Of a DNA stretch of 46,081 nucleotides, positions 37,477-46,081 are shown one piece after another (the stretch's first letter is position 1; each line of letters starts with the position of its first letter). The notes below the pieces were generated by a model, which ran no database searches, was not told the origin of the DNA, and saw only the letters and a list, made by a program, of their open reading frames with translations. Position numbers and translations under genes: made by a program. The DNA is from a virus (lineage: Duplodnaviria; Heunggongvirae; Uroviricota; Caudoviricetes): IMG/VR virus record IMGVR_UViG_2862035965_000001; one strand, 5' to 3'.

Positions 37477-37941
37477 ATGACGGATAACTCCACCTCAGAT
37501 AAGTCCACCGACCACCCAAAAGCCAACCTGGATTACAGCTTCGATCCGCTCCCCGACGAGCCCTATGCCTATGGTTTTGAGTTGGTTGAATCAGATTCGG
37601 CAGACACCGATACCCCAGAAACTGTCGCTGTGGCACTTAGAACCCGTGAGGATGCCTTCAACTGGGTCAACACCCAACGCGCCGATAACAAGCCTGATGA
37701 AATCCGCATCAACAACCCAATTCGCCCCGAGCGCATTGCTGAGTTTGTCCACGAATTGATCATGAATTACGGCATCACAGCCTGCATGGAGGATCTGGCT
37801 ACGCTTATTAAGCGCGACAAGCTCACCCAGCTGGAAGCAGAAAACGCTATCACTGCCTGGCACAACCTCACCAAAGAATCCCTTGATCAGATCATCGGGG
37901 TGTTCTATCACTATGTAGAAAAGGGCTCTACTAGTGACTAA
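37477..37941 (+). CDS. Hypothetical protein
   Basis: ATG 37477 with AGAAAG RBS. Confidence 0.75.
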   Translation: MTDNSTSDKSTDHPKANLDYSFDPLPDEPYAYGFELVESDSADTDTPETVAVALRTREDAFNWVNTQRADNKPDEIRINNPIRPERIAEFVHELIMNYGITACMEDLATLIKRDKLTQLEAENAITAWHNLTKESLDQIIGVFYHYVEKGSTSD

Positions 37942-37997
37942 ATTCGCACCCTCCATACAACATGCTGCTCAAAACACTAGAAAGAAGAAACACCATC

Positions 37998-38570
37998 ATG
38001 TCTGACAACACTCAGAACAACCCCTTTTCCGTGCGCTACGCACATCCCGATCATCAGCTTGCCCTGAGTGAACTCATTGATACTGCCGATCTACCCGCCC
38101 CAACCGGCTATGTGAAAAACCCATGGGGTAGAGATAGCGCACCTATCGCCGAGTGGCGACGCGAGCGCATTACCCAGTGGCAGCGCACCGAGATCATTGT
38201 CAATCAACGCGATGATGACGATCTCATTCACGTTAGCCTCCCGAAGCTCGGCCAAAACATTCAGCTCAACACCGACGATATTCTTGCCCTCGTCGCAGCG
38301 TGCGTCACACCCACAGCCAATGATATTGAGGCAACTATCGAAGAGAACCTGCACTCATATCCCCCCAATACGGTCATCATGTTTAACGCAGATGATCTAG
38401 ATGATGCCCTCGGACTCGTTGTTGCAGTCAAAGACGCAAGCTGGGAACACTCACCGCGCGCTGTCTGGCGCACTAACACCGATCATGGGGCTCTTGACGA
38501 GACTGAACTCGCGCGGCTCATTCTCAAATTCGGTGGCAGCTTCGATGACTACGGCGTGCTGCAACATTAA
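37998..38570 (+). CDS. Hypothetical protein
   Basis: ATG 37998 (or 37962); acidic. Confidence 0.75.
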   Translation: MSDNTQNNPFSVRYAHPDHQLALSELIDTADLPAPTGYVKNPWGRDSAPIAEWRRERITQWQRTEIIVNQRDDDDLIHVSLPKLGQNIQLNTDDILALVAACVTPTANDIEATIEENLHSYPPNTVIMFNADDLDDALGLVVAVKDASWEHSPRAVWRTNTDHGALDETELARLILKFGGSFDDYGVLQH

Positions 38571-38651
38571 ACAGACTCACTAAGCACCGCTTTCTCTACC
38601 GCCTCCACTCCACCAGCTCTCTCCTCTATCCCCTCTCTCTCTCTTCGTCCT

Positions 38652-38695
38652 CAACCCCAGTTCATACAGATGTTCTCTGTGTGAGCTGGGGTTTT
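38652..38695 (+). terminator. Intrinsic terminator
   Basis: AACCCCAG...CTGGGGTTTT. Confidence 0.6.
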
Positions 38696-38765
38696 CTGCA
38701 TCTCCCACTTGTTTTTTCTCCACCACTCCACACACACCTTCAAAGAAGAAAGTTCGAAAGATTCT

Positions 38766-39662
38766 ATGAAAAGCCGTAAAAAAATCATGTCTACCCTCAC
38801 CACTGTCTGCGCCGTACTCGGTATAGTTGCAGCTTATCCATTCCACGCCTCTGCTGTCATCGGCGGCTCTGTCCCATCAACTGATTCCGTTGCCAACGCT
38901 GTCGCAAAAATCGGACCAGGCGCATTGAACTGCAGCGGTGTCATGATCTCACCATCATGGGTACTCACAGCACGCCACTGTGTCGATGACATCAACATTC
39001 TTGGCGACATCGACACCATCACGCCTATTACTCCAGGTATTCATCGCAATGAAGGTAACTATATGGGTGAGGTTTACCGCGCACCGTCCGGTGATCTAGC
39101 GCTCATTAATATCAACGGCGTGCACAAGGGCACCATTGCGCAGCTCCCCACACAAGAATATCCACTGGGAACCGCTGCACAGTCAGTCGGTTTTGGTGGC
39201 GGTGGTGTCAATATCCGCACTGCTGAATCTGTCAACATGATTCTCACCGACATCTACAGTGAAAGGTCAGGAAAATTCCATCACGGTGTCGGTCGATCGC
39301 ACTATCTGCTCTTTGATTATGACAGCGCGGAAACTGGTCGAATCCACAAGGGTGATTCTGGTGGCCCCATCTTCATCGGTGACGAGGTTGTGGGCATTAT
39401 GTCTCACGGTACAATAAATAAGAACGATAGATCTTTTGATGACGAATCCGGCGCTGATGTATTTGCCTCCCTTGAGTGGATTCTTGACACCACCGGCATC
39501 ACGGTCACAGACACTGCCGAAGATAGTGACGATGCTGACCAGGAGGAAGGATCTGCATCAAATACTTCACTTGTGCTTACTGATAACGGACCGTCACACA
39601 TTGGTAGCAACACTTCTTCTGCACTCATCGGATTGTCCTCAGAAGCACTGTTTTCTTCTTAA
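38766..39662 (+). CDS. Secreted trypsin-like (S1) serine protease
   Basis: Signal peptide ending ASA-VIGG. Catalytic triad motifs LTARHC, GDLAL and GDSGGP. Ends in LFSS. Confidence 0.92.
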   Translation: MKSRKKIMSTLTTVCAVLGIVAAYPFHASAVIGGSVPSTDSVANAVAKIGPGALNCSGVMISPSWVLTARHCVDDINILGDIDTITPITPGIHRNEGNYMGEVYRAPSGDLALININGVHKGTIAQLPTQEYPLGTAAQSVGFGGGGVNIRTAESVNMILTDIYSERSGKFHHGVGRSHYLLFDYDSAETGRIHKGDSGGPIFIGDEVVGIMSHGTINKNDRSFDDESGADVFASLEWILDTTGITVTDTAEDSDDADQEEGSASNTSLVLTDNGPSHIGSNTSSALIGLSSEALFSS

Positions 39663-39724
39663 TACGGAGTGCACCGTGATAACTAACTGTTGAATTGAAA
39701 GTTAACGCCCGCCACCTAGAATGA

Positions 39725-40444
39725 ATGGGCATGAATAGTTTCAGAACGTCAATCATCACTGCCGCAGACCTAAGCGAAGTCATCTATACATCTGGACGTG
39801 TCTTTGACAATCTCCGAAGCTCCCGTCTAGATACCGCAGAATTCCTCCGAACAGGAGACACCTCCGGCATTAACAGTCGTGCAGATCTTGCACTATTAGA
39901 GGACTTACGCGACGCGGCTACGTTCATTATCAATGATCCGCGTTCAGTATTAAGTGCCAAGTATCTGTGTGCTATTAATGCCACCATCATTCGCAGTGGC
40001 GCCCTTAATCCAGGACAACTACGAGCTGAACATCAAAATATCGGAGTCAGTACTGTCTATGGGCGCCACGAACCACCTGCACTAACAACGACAAGCCTTG
40101 ATCGGCTGCTCAGTAAACCATACCCGTCAAGTACGCCATTAGAAGAGCGAGCAATCTCTACATTTGTCAACATTGCTCGTGCTCAACCCTTTGAGGACGG
40201 CAACAAACGAACCGCACTGTTCGCAGCAAACTCCATGCTGATAGCGTACGCGTCAGATTATGTGCTTACCGCACCTGTCTCTGACAATGACCCCACCATC
40301 ACCAAGAATTTCACGGATAATCTTGCTCGCGCTTATATCTTCAACGACGACACACCTGTTATCGCTGACATGCAACAATTCGGGCTTATCGACCGTGAAC
40401 ACGGGAAACATCCGCGTCAAACATCAAAAGGATATGAGTTTTAA
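39725..40444 (+). CDS. Fic/Doc family protein
   Basis: QPFEDGNKRTA motif (Doc-like, with Gln at the canonical His position); PGQLR flap. Confidence 0.88.
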   Translation: MGMNSFRTSIITAADLSEVIYTSGRVFDNLRSSRLDTAEFLRTGDTSGINSRADLALLEDLRDAATFIINDPRSVLSAKYLCAINATIIRSGALNPGQLRAEHQNIGVSTVYGRHEPPALTTTSLDRLLSKPYPSSTPLEERAISTFVNIARAQPFEDGNKRTALFAANSMLIAYASDYVLTAPVSDNDPTITKNFTDNLARAYIFNDDTPVIADMQQFGLIDREHGKHPRQTSKGYEF

Positions 40445-40473
40445 GCCCTAAATCTCGCAACATACACAGCTCT

Positions 40474-40516
40474 ACAACCCTCGCACCACATCTGGTGTGG
40501 GGGTTGTGCATTTTTT
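40474..40516 (+). terminator. Intrinsic terminator
   Basis: ACAACCC...GGGTTGT followed by a T run. Confidence 0.6.
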
Positions 40517-40557
40517 AAACCCACCTCCATCCGCACCACAATAAAGGATTCATCATT

Positions 40558-41565
40558 ATGAGCCACAGCGCTCTCCTCATAGCTAAAGATGCCACCATCG
40601 GTCTCCGTCTCAATATGAACGGCAACCGCAACTCTGTCAAAGCTTTTCTCAAATACGCCGAATATGCACAACTACCATCCATCAACGCCGATGATAAGTG
40701 GATTTCACCATTCATCACGATGCTGCAGAATTTCTTCCGTGACAACAACGATGCCATCCGTCTGGAAACTGTCGATCCACAGCATTTAGGCGACAAGACC
40801 GACTACGACAATGGCATTTACGTGCTCGAAGATTACGAGATCGTTGATCGAATTAATTCCCCTGCCGACACGTCGCCAGAACACCGAATTCACGACAGGT
40901 TACTCAGCATCGACAGTACGCAACCACTCGTTAATCAACTCGGTGATTTTCTTTTCGGCATGGACACACCTATTACGAGCATCAAGATCGGCGATCAGGT
41001 ATTCCTACCGCGACTTTTCCCATCTTATGAGTACCCTGGCCGCTATCGCATCCACACTGTGCTGGGATTCGCCGACAACGATCCGTTTAACCCATTAACC
41101 AGCAATAAGCGATTTAAGGGTAGACCTTATGTCGATATGTTTAACAACCAGGACAATGCTGTTAATCCACAGTCCTACATCACCACCGACACTGTGCGCG
41201 TGCTCAGCTACCCCATCTACGTCATTTCTTTTGCACCAGCTAATGATCTCCACGGGGCAGGTGGTTTCGACTGGCTACCCGCGACCACCATGAACGACGG
41301 GACCGAAGCCCTCGATACGTTTTACCGTCACGTGAAAGATTCGCGCGACGAGGGTGGATCGCATATTGTGCGCCTGCTTCGCATTACTGACCCCAACATC
41401 ACAGCCGACATGCAGCCTAAAGATGTTACTGACTATATCGACGCAGACATCGACCGCTGGGAATCCAAGGAACATGCGCTCAAGCAGTTTGTCCCACCTA
41501 ACGCGGATGCTGATCGCGTACCTACCGGTGGTGCCGACGAGCACATTACCCACCCCTACCGCTAA
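40558..41565 (+). CDS. Hypothetical protein
   Basis: 335 aa with AAAGGA RBS. Confidence 0.8.
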   Translation: MSHSALLIAKDATIGLRLNMNGNRNSVKAFLKYAEYAQLPSINADDKWISPFITMLQNFFRDNNDAIRLETVDPQHLGDKTDYDNGIYVLEDYEIVDRINSPADTSPEHRIHDRLLSIDSTQPLVNQLGDFLFGMDTPITSIKIGDQVFLPRLFPSYEYPGRYRIHTVLGFADNDPFNPLTSNKRFKGRPYVDMFNNQDNAVNPQSYITTDTVRVLSYPIYVISFAPANDLHGAGGFDWLPATTMNDGTEALDTFYRHVKDSRDEGGSHIVRLLRITDPNITADMQPKDVTDYIDADIDRWESKEHALKQFVPPNADADRVPTGGADEHITHPYR

Positions 41566-41709
41566 TAACTGTGCAGCGTAGCTGCACACGGATTCACCTG
41601 CGCTGTGGATGCACCCCAACACCACAACACCGCCCCTAGTGCCATAAATGCTAGGGGTGTTTTTTTCATACCCACAACACCGTTCTTCTCTAGAAAGAGA
41701 CTCGATACT

Positions 41710-42354
41710 ATGCCTCATAACCCCATCGAACTTCACACTAATGATGTACTCGATGCTCTCGACATTGACGCCATCTGCGACGATGTGTTTCTCTACACCG
41801 ACTTCGAGCACACCCCAGGTCAGCTTGATCGCTTCGAGCAACTCGCCTTCACAAAAATCTACGACATGCTGGAAACAGCTGCTGAAAAATTCCCAGATGT
41901 AGCAATTAATGACACTTTAAGCACTGGCAACCACGCTGCTGAACAGTACTTTCTTGCCAATCCCGGCAACATCATCGTGCTGACCAGCTTCGCGCTCAAT
42001 CAGACCGATCTCCGCGACCTCATTATCTCACCGTGCATTAAGTACACAGCACATGCACGAGCACTCATGCGTGCGGTGACACGAACATTGTGCACTGCAA
42101 ACAACCCTGTAGAACGCGCGACTATCTTCCCTGTGTCTGTCGCTAATGCCTTAAGCATCGAAGCGCTGTGTTCCGAATATCATGCGTTCCGCACCAAGCA
42201 GGTGCTCAACACTGCTGCACTCATCAATCCTGATAACACTCTTATACCCATGTTGTTGAGCAAAGCGTATGAGGCATACGCCTGGTACAAGGGTGTCGAA
42301 TCCGCACAACGAGGTAGCAACCTAGCTCGTGAGTACTACGCAGGACTTATCTGA
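41710..42354 (+). CDS. Hypothetical protein
   Basis: ATG 41710 with AGAAAG RBS. The upstream extension in the ORF track crosses a terminator (41633-41666). Confidence 0.78.
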   Translation: MPHNPIELHTNDVLDALDIDAICDDVFLYTDFEHTPGQLDRFEQLAFTKIYDMLETAAEKFPDVAINDTLSTGNHAAEQYFLANPGNIIVLTSFALNQTDLRDLIISPCIKYTAHARALMRAVTRTLCTANNPVERATIFPVSVANALSIEALCSEYHAFRTKQVLNTAALINPDNTLIPMLLSKAYEAYAWYKGVESAQRGSNLAREYYAGLI

Positions 42355-42423
42355 AAATTCACTACTCAACTCTGGCCCCAACTAACCCGTTCACACACCT
42401 AGCCCAGAAAGGCTCGAACACCC

Positions 42424-42569
42424 ATGATCGTTGAGGTAGCTCCGAGACCGAAGAGATCAGCCTCATTGATGATGATTTCCCTGATCTCGATGAGGACGAT
42501 AACACCGTGCTCATCGCCGAAGACATCCGTGATATGGATGACTATGGCGAAGATCATCCTGATCTTTAA
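42424..42569 (+). pseudogene. Remnant of a small, very acidic protein gene
   Basis: RBS and ATG at 42424. The protein-like frame (GSSETEEISLIDDDFPDLDEDDNTVLIAEDIRDMDDYGEDHPDL*, 42435-42569) is out of frame with this ATG. Confidence 0.45.
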
Positions 42570-42617
42570 AGCTCACTGTTAAGCCCGCAGCGAGCTTATC
42601 GCTACACCCACCTTTTT

Positions 42618-42656
42618 AACCGCCTGTGCAACTAACCCTGTTGTGCAGGCGGTTTT
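42618..42656 (+). terminator. Intrinsic terminator
   Basis: AACCGCCTG...CAGGCGGTTTTT. Confidence 0.7.
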
Positions 42657-42719
42657 CTCTATCTACACCAACAACTCCACAACACTATCCGGTCCAAATC
42701 TAGAAAAGAGACAACCTCC

Positions 42720-43085
42720 ATGACCTCCCCCACCACGTTAAAGCCCTGGTCTATTCGCGGACCCATCGACGGTGAATACACCATGCTTGAGGCATATCCG
42801 TTTCAGTATGTAGCAAATACTCGCCCGGCCATCATGCTCTACGCACTCGATGAAAACGGTGTACCGGAACAATATGCCGACCTCACCATCAACCTTGCCG
42901 ATGTAGAGCTCAAGCAACTTAACCACGTCATCATTAACCCAGATCTGCACGCTGATGTTACCGAACTGTGCATTAGCGCCGGCCTGCTGCGACCTGGTGT
43001 TCTAGGCCAGCACCAGGTCGGTAGTACCACCGCCAAGGTCTACCGGCTCACTGAGCGTGCTGCTGGCTGGCTACAGCTGTTTTAG
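42720..43085 (+). CDS. DUF4313-like hypothetical protein
   Basis: YADLTINL...AGLL..G...VG.....VYRL pattern recalls DUF4313. Confidence 0.72.
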   Translation: MTSPTTLKPWSIRGPIDGEYTMLEAYPFQYVANTRPAIMLYALDENGVPEQYADLTINLADVELKQLNHVIINPDLHADVTELCISAGLLRPGVLGQHQVGSTTAKVYRLTERAAGWLQLF

Positions 43086-43156
43086 CAGCTACCTGTGCCT
43101 ACCTGTGCCTAATCCCCTTCCACCCACACTCACCCCAAAACAAGAAAGTAGTCATC

Positions 43157-43432
43157 ATGCCTCAGTACACCATCACGATCACCGACGAGCAGAAAGCTGT
43201 TCTAAAAAGCCTCACCAACCCTCATATTGCTGCTGCTGAACACGGCGCTATCACCGCAATCGAGATTCATGACGACCATGATGTTGTTGTCTATCACGTT
43301 CAACCAGACGGCACACTAACTTACGAGCGCCTTGTTGAAGGCTTCCATTACGGCTGGACACGTTTTGACAGCGAAGGTTTTGAGATCGACGCCGACAACA
43401 ACCGCGTTGTAGACGGGCTCCGCGACGAATAG
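43157..43432 (+). CDS. Small acidic hypothetical protein
   Basis: 91 aa with AGAAAG RBS. Confidence 0.75.
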   Translation: MPQYTITITDEQKAVLKSLTNPHIAAAEHGAITAIEIHDDHDVVVYHVQPDGTLTYERLVEGFHYGWTRFDSEGFEIDADNNRVVDGLRDE

Positions 43433-43460
43433 TTAACAACATCAACACAGAAAGGTCGCT

Positions 43461-43721
43461 ATGTGTACAGCACATAAATCCACCATCAGCATCCCCACCG
43501 ACCAGCTCAGCCCCGCGATGCGGCGGATATTTCACGCAACAAGCTTCTTGGGTTCGCTTATCAAACCGCTGTTTATCATCACAGCAGCACTGCTGCTGGT
43601 CGTAGCACTCACCCCTGAGCGCGTCCATGAAATGCTGGTGCTCAACATTCTTGCCTTTTCTGCCGGCTACGCGATACTACGCAGTATTCGCGGTCTACGC
43701 CGACTTATGCGGCGCGACTAG
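43461..43721 (+). CDS. Small two-TM membrane protein
   Basis: AGAAAGG RBS; two hydrophobic helices; basic C-terminus. Confidence 0.7.
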   Translation: MCTAHKSTISIPTDQLSPAMRRIFHATSFLGSLIKPLFIITAALLLVVALTPERVHEMLVLNILAFSAGYAILRSIRGLRRLMRRD

Positions 43722-43765
43722 CTCGCCAGCCAACCACACAAACCCAACAAGAAAGAAACACCACT

Positions 43766-44002
43766 ATGGCGACATACCAAGTCAGTTTCATTGCTCTCGC
43801 AGAATCAATAATTGAAGTCGAAGCAGACAGCCCTGAGGAAGCACTCGACCGAGCCAACGAAGAATTTGACTACCCTGACGTTAATATCGGAAACAACTTT
43901 GAGCTCCACGACTGGGAGGCACGCGCGGACGTTGACTGGCTAGACACTCACTCCACCGCGCAGCAACGCCTCAAAGAGCACGTCGTCAAAGTCGAAGACT
44001 GA
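43766..44002 (+). CDS. Small acidic protein, DpnD/PcfM-like (paralog 1)
   Basis: YQVSF...IEVEADSPEEALDRA motif. Confidence 0.78.
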   Translation: MATYQVSFIALAESIIEVEADSPEEALDRANEEFDYPDVNIGNNFELHDWEARADVDWLDTHSTAQQRLKEHVVKVED

Positions 44003-44042
44003 ACTCGAACACCACATATCGCCTTAAGAAAGGACACTAATA

Positions 44043-44279
44043 GTGGCGACCCACCGCGTCCATTTTGTCGCAACTGCATCCACCTACATTGACGTTGAGG
44101 CAGATTCCCCCGAAGATGCTGTAGAAAAAGCATATGAACTCTCCGGCGATCTACCCGGCCTCATCGCCGACAACGAATTCGATCTGGGTGAATGGGAGCC
44201 TCAGGCTAACGTCCGGTGGCCCGATAACTCTGTCTCTCGCGAGCAACGCCTCAAAGAAGGTGTTGATCTGCTCGATTAA
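44043..44279 (+). CDS. Small acidic protein, DpnD/PcfM-like (paralog 2)
   Basis: HRVHF...IDVEADSPEDAVEKA; AGAAAGGA RBS; GTG start. Confidence 0.78.
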   Translation: MATHRVHFVATASTYIDVEADSPEDAVEKAYELSGDLPGLIADNEFDLGEWEPQANVRWPDNSVSREQRLKEGVDLLD

Positions 44280-44294
44280 ACAAACTACAAACAC

Positions 44295-44347
44295 ACCCCC
44301 TCGTGCTTCTGCTGTTTTCACAGCTGCGCGAGGGGGTTATTTTTTTT
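44295..44347 (+). terminator. Intrinsic terminator
   Basis: ACCCCCTCG...CGAGGGGGT followed by a T run. Confidence 0.7.
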
Positions 44348-44647
44348 GGGTGACCGCACGGCTGGCGGTGGCGTCAGGTGAAAAAAGATGAGGGCACACA
44401 ACGCCTGCGCGTGCATAAGGTGGCTATCCCTTGCTGCTGTGTGGGACAGCAGCCGGGAGTGGGTGTGAAGATCAAGGGTTCAAGGTTATCTGTTCTGGCT
44501 AAGGTTTACCGTTTAGCACTAACGTGCTAACACTACTGAAGGTACATGCACGTGCGTGTCATATACCTTTGCTACCTTAAGCACAGACAACAACCACAAG
44601 CTCTTGTTTATCTATTAAAAACACTCAACCACAAAGGAAAAACCATC

Positions 44648-44923
44648 ATGTTCGTTGCATTTATGATCCCCATCGTTATGGCGCTCGGTGCCATGGCTAT
44701 TATTACTCTCTTCGGCCAAAACCCATCCCAGCGCCGCAAGCGTGCTCAGCAGCAAGCTAAAGATCGCTATGAGGGGGCTATTCGATCTGGTCAGTTCATT
44801 GACCACTGCAGCTGCCCGCGCTGCCGACGCAACTGCCGTCGCCGGCACAAGAAGCTCAAAGGCTTCAGCGGATACCCCGATGAAATTCTCAAAAAGTATC
44901 CGGTGAAATACCTTTCCCGTTAA
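44648..44923 (+). CDS. Small membrane-anchored Cys/Arg-rich protein
   Basis: AAAGGA RBS and ATG at 44648; N-terminal TM; HCSCPRCRRNC motif. Confidence 0.65.
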   Translation: MFVAFMIPIVMALGAMAIITLFGQNPSQRRKRAQQQAKDRYEGAIRSGQFIDHCSCPRCRRNCRRRHKKLKGFSGYPDEILKKYPVKYLSR

Positions 44924-44977
44924 CAACACCCAACAACAGCGTTAGAAAAAAATGCCTGTGGTTGGGTGTTTTTTTTT
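44924..44977. terminator. Terminator between convergent genes
   Basis: AACACCCAAC...GTTGGGTGTT followed by a T run. Confidence 0.65.
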
Positions 44978-44986
44978 GGAATTTAA

Positions 44987-46081
44987 TCAAGCACTTTTAC
45001 GTGCCACACGCTTTGCCAATTCCCCATCGCGCTCACCTGAGTGCTGATAACGCAGTGCTGCACTCGGCGTTGAGTGCCCAAGCCGTGCCATCACCTCCTT
45101 GAGGGTTGCGCCAACCTGTGCATATTTCGTACCGGAGTAGTGACGCATCGAGTGGACGGTCGCTGTACTGTGAATGCTTTTTCGCGCTCGATCCCAGTTG
45201 TGCTTAAAGGTGTGATACGGCATCGGATCTTCCGGGTCCCCAATAGCACTCCACAACCGCTGACCCACGTCAACGCTGTCCACATATGCTGCAATAGTCA
45301 CTGCATCCTCACCGTAGATATACAAGCTACGCACGCCTGCGGCACTCTTAGGTGGACCTTCTACTCGACCGTGATACTTAGTATGAGTAATACTCCGGGA
45401 GATTCTTATTCGAACACAATCTACTTCTCCCTCGCGATTAAAGTAGACATCCACATCAGTGGTGCGCAACGCTACAATTTCGCCATATCGCAGCCCACCA
45501 GCAATGGCAACTACAGCGATCACAAAGTACTTCACCGGTAATGCGGCAATAATCGCATCAAGCTCTGCACTCGTCGGCACATCAACATCTTTGCCTGTGC
45601 TGGCACTACCCCCGCCACGTACTTTGCACGGATTCGTCGGGATGATGCCATCTTCTACAGCAGTATTCATCACAGACTTCATCAACGTATAGTTTCGTGC
45701 CATCGCGGTGAGTTTGCCGTCCTGGATCGTATCGCTATACCACTCACGAACATCAGCGACAGTAATTTCAAAGAGCCCATAATCAGCCCAATAACTTAGT
45801 CGATCTGATGTTATATAACGTAAGTATTCATCCTTCACCCCTTGAGTAAGCTTCTTACCTCGGGCATTTGTCCGGGTTTCTATCCACCTCGATGCATAAC
45901 TGAAGAAGGACTCCATCATGCGTTCTTCAGCCTCAAGCTGTGCCCGCTTAAACTTTTCCCGCATCTCAAAATCCATCCACGTGCCATTGATAATGGCCGT
46001 GCGCTCAGAGGCCAAGAACTCATCAGCCTCACCCTTGGTACCGAAAGTATGCGGAGCCGAATATCGCCTACCCTCGTGCAT
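44987..46081 (-). CDS. int: Tyrosine recombinase/integrase (N-terminus probably beyond the window edge)
   Basis: Catalytic set GLRYGEI (R), PKS (K), HSMRH (H-x-x-R), LGH and LRY (Y). Confidence 0.95.
   Translation of the reverse strand: MHEGRRYSAPHTFGTKGEADEFLASERTAIINGTWMDFEMREKFKRAQLEAEERMMESFFSYASRWIETRTNARGKKLTQGVKDEYLRYITSDRLSYWADYGLFEITVADVREWYSDTIQDGKLTAMARNYTLMKSVMNTAVEDGIIPTNPCKVRGGGSASTGKDVDVPTSAELDAIIAALPVKYFVIAVVAIAGGLRYGEIVALRTTDVDVYFNREGEVDCVRIRISRSITHTKYHGRVEGPPKSAAGVRSLYIYGEDAVTIAAYVDSVDVGQRLWSAIGDPEDPMPYHTFKHNWDRARKSIHSTATVHSMRHYSGTKYAQVGATLKEVMARLGHSTPSAALRYQHSGERDGELAKRVARKSA

Larger units (their letters stand above)
1..46081. mobile_element. Part of a large integrative element (CGP3/CGP4-like region of C. 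glutamicum; ICE-like gene content); both boundaries lie outside the window
   Basis: No housekeeping genes. Contains a tyrosine integrase, SSB, TopB-like topoisomerase, thermonuclease, conjugation-like genes, many orphans and AT-rich intergenic tracts. Organism and element assignment is from recall of similar proteins. Confidence 0.8.

Noticed and set aside
44512-44531. CIRCE (HrcA) operator
   Set aside because: The arms TTAGCAC/GTGCTAA match, but CIRCE needs TTAGCACTC-N9-GAGTGCTAA; the spacing here is far too short.
1-46081. C/A richness of the plus strand across both arms
   Set aside because: It is independent of gene direction and explainable as ordinary replichore skew.
44924-46081. att site or tRNA target near the integrase
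   Set aside because: No tRNA or att core is visible; the boundary probably lies beyond the window end.

Overview
This 46 kb window has no housekeeping genes and appears to lie entirely within a large integrative element. From recall (not a search), the gene set matches the right-hand CGP3/CGP4-type 'prophage' region of Corynebacterium glutamicum: LGFP secreted protein, topoisomerase, helicase, thermonuclease, SSB and a terminal tyrosine integrase. No capsid, tail, terminase or lysis genes are visible. The left arm (minus strand, 1-25.2 kb) looks like a divergent Gram-positive conjugative type IV secretion cluster: VirB2-like, giant VirB6-like, VirB4-like without recognisable Walker motifs, PrgI/TrsD-like and TopB-like genes. 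It is followed by a repeat-rich origin-like region, a helicase-nuclease, an LGFP protein and an RHH-led operon. The right arm (plus strand, 25.3-44.9 kb) is a run of mostly small orphan genes with nuclease, SSB, RHH, protease and Fic genes, resembling a conjugative 'leading region'. A convergent integrase, cut by the window edge, ends the sequence. The most interesting signals are: (i) two unannotated sub-60-aa ORFs resembling the corynebacterial mycomembrane porin pair PorH/PorA; (ii) the conjugation-like cluster with an apparently ATPase-dead VirB4; (iii) a ~600 bp nested GTTAC/GTAAC repeat structure; (iv) a family of intergenic CAGC-GNA-GCTG-N4-CGG hairpins, all on one strand. All family assignments come from motif reading by eye and need HMM or structure confirmation.
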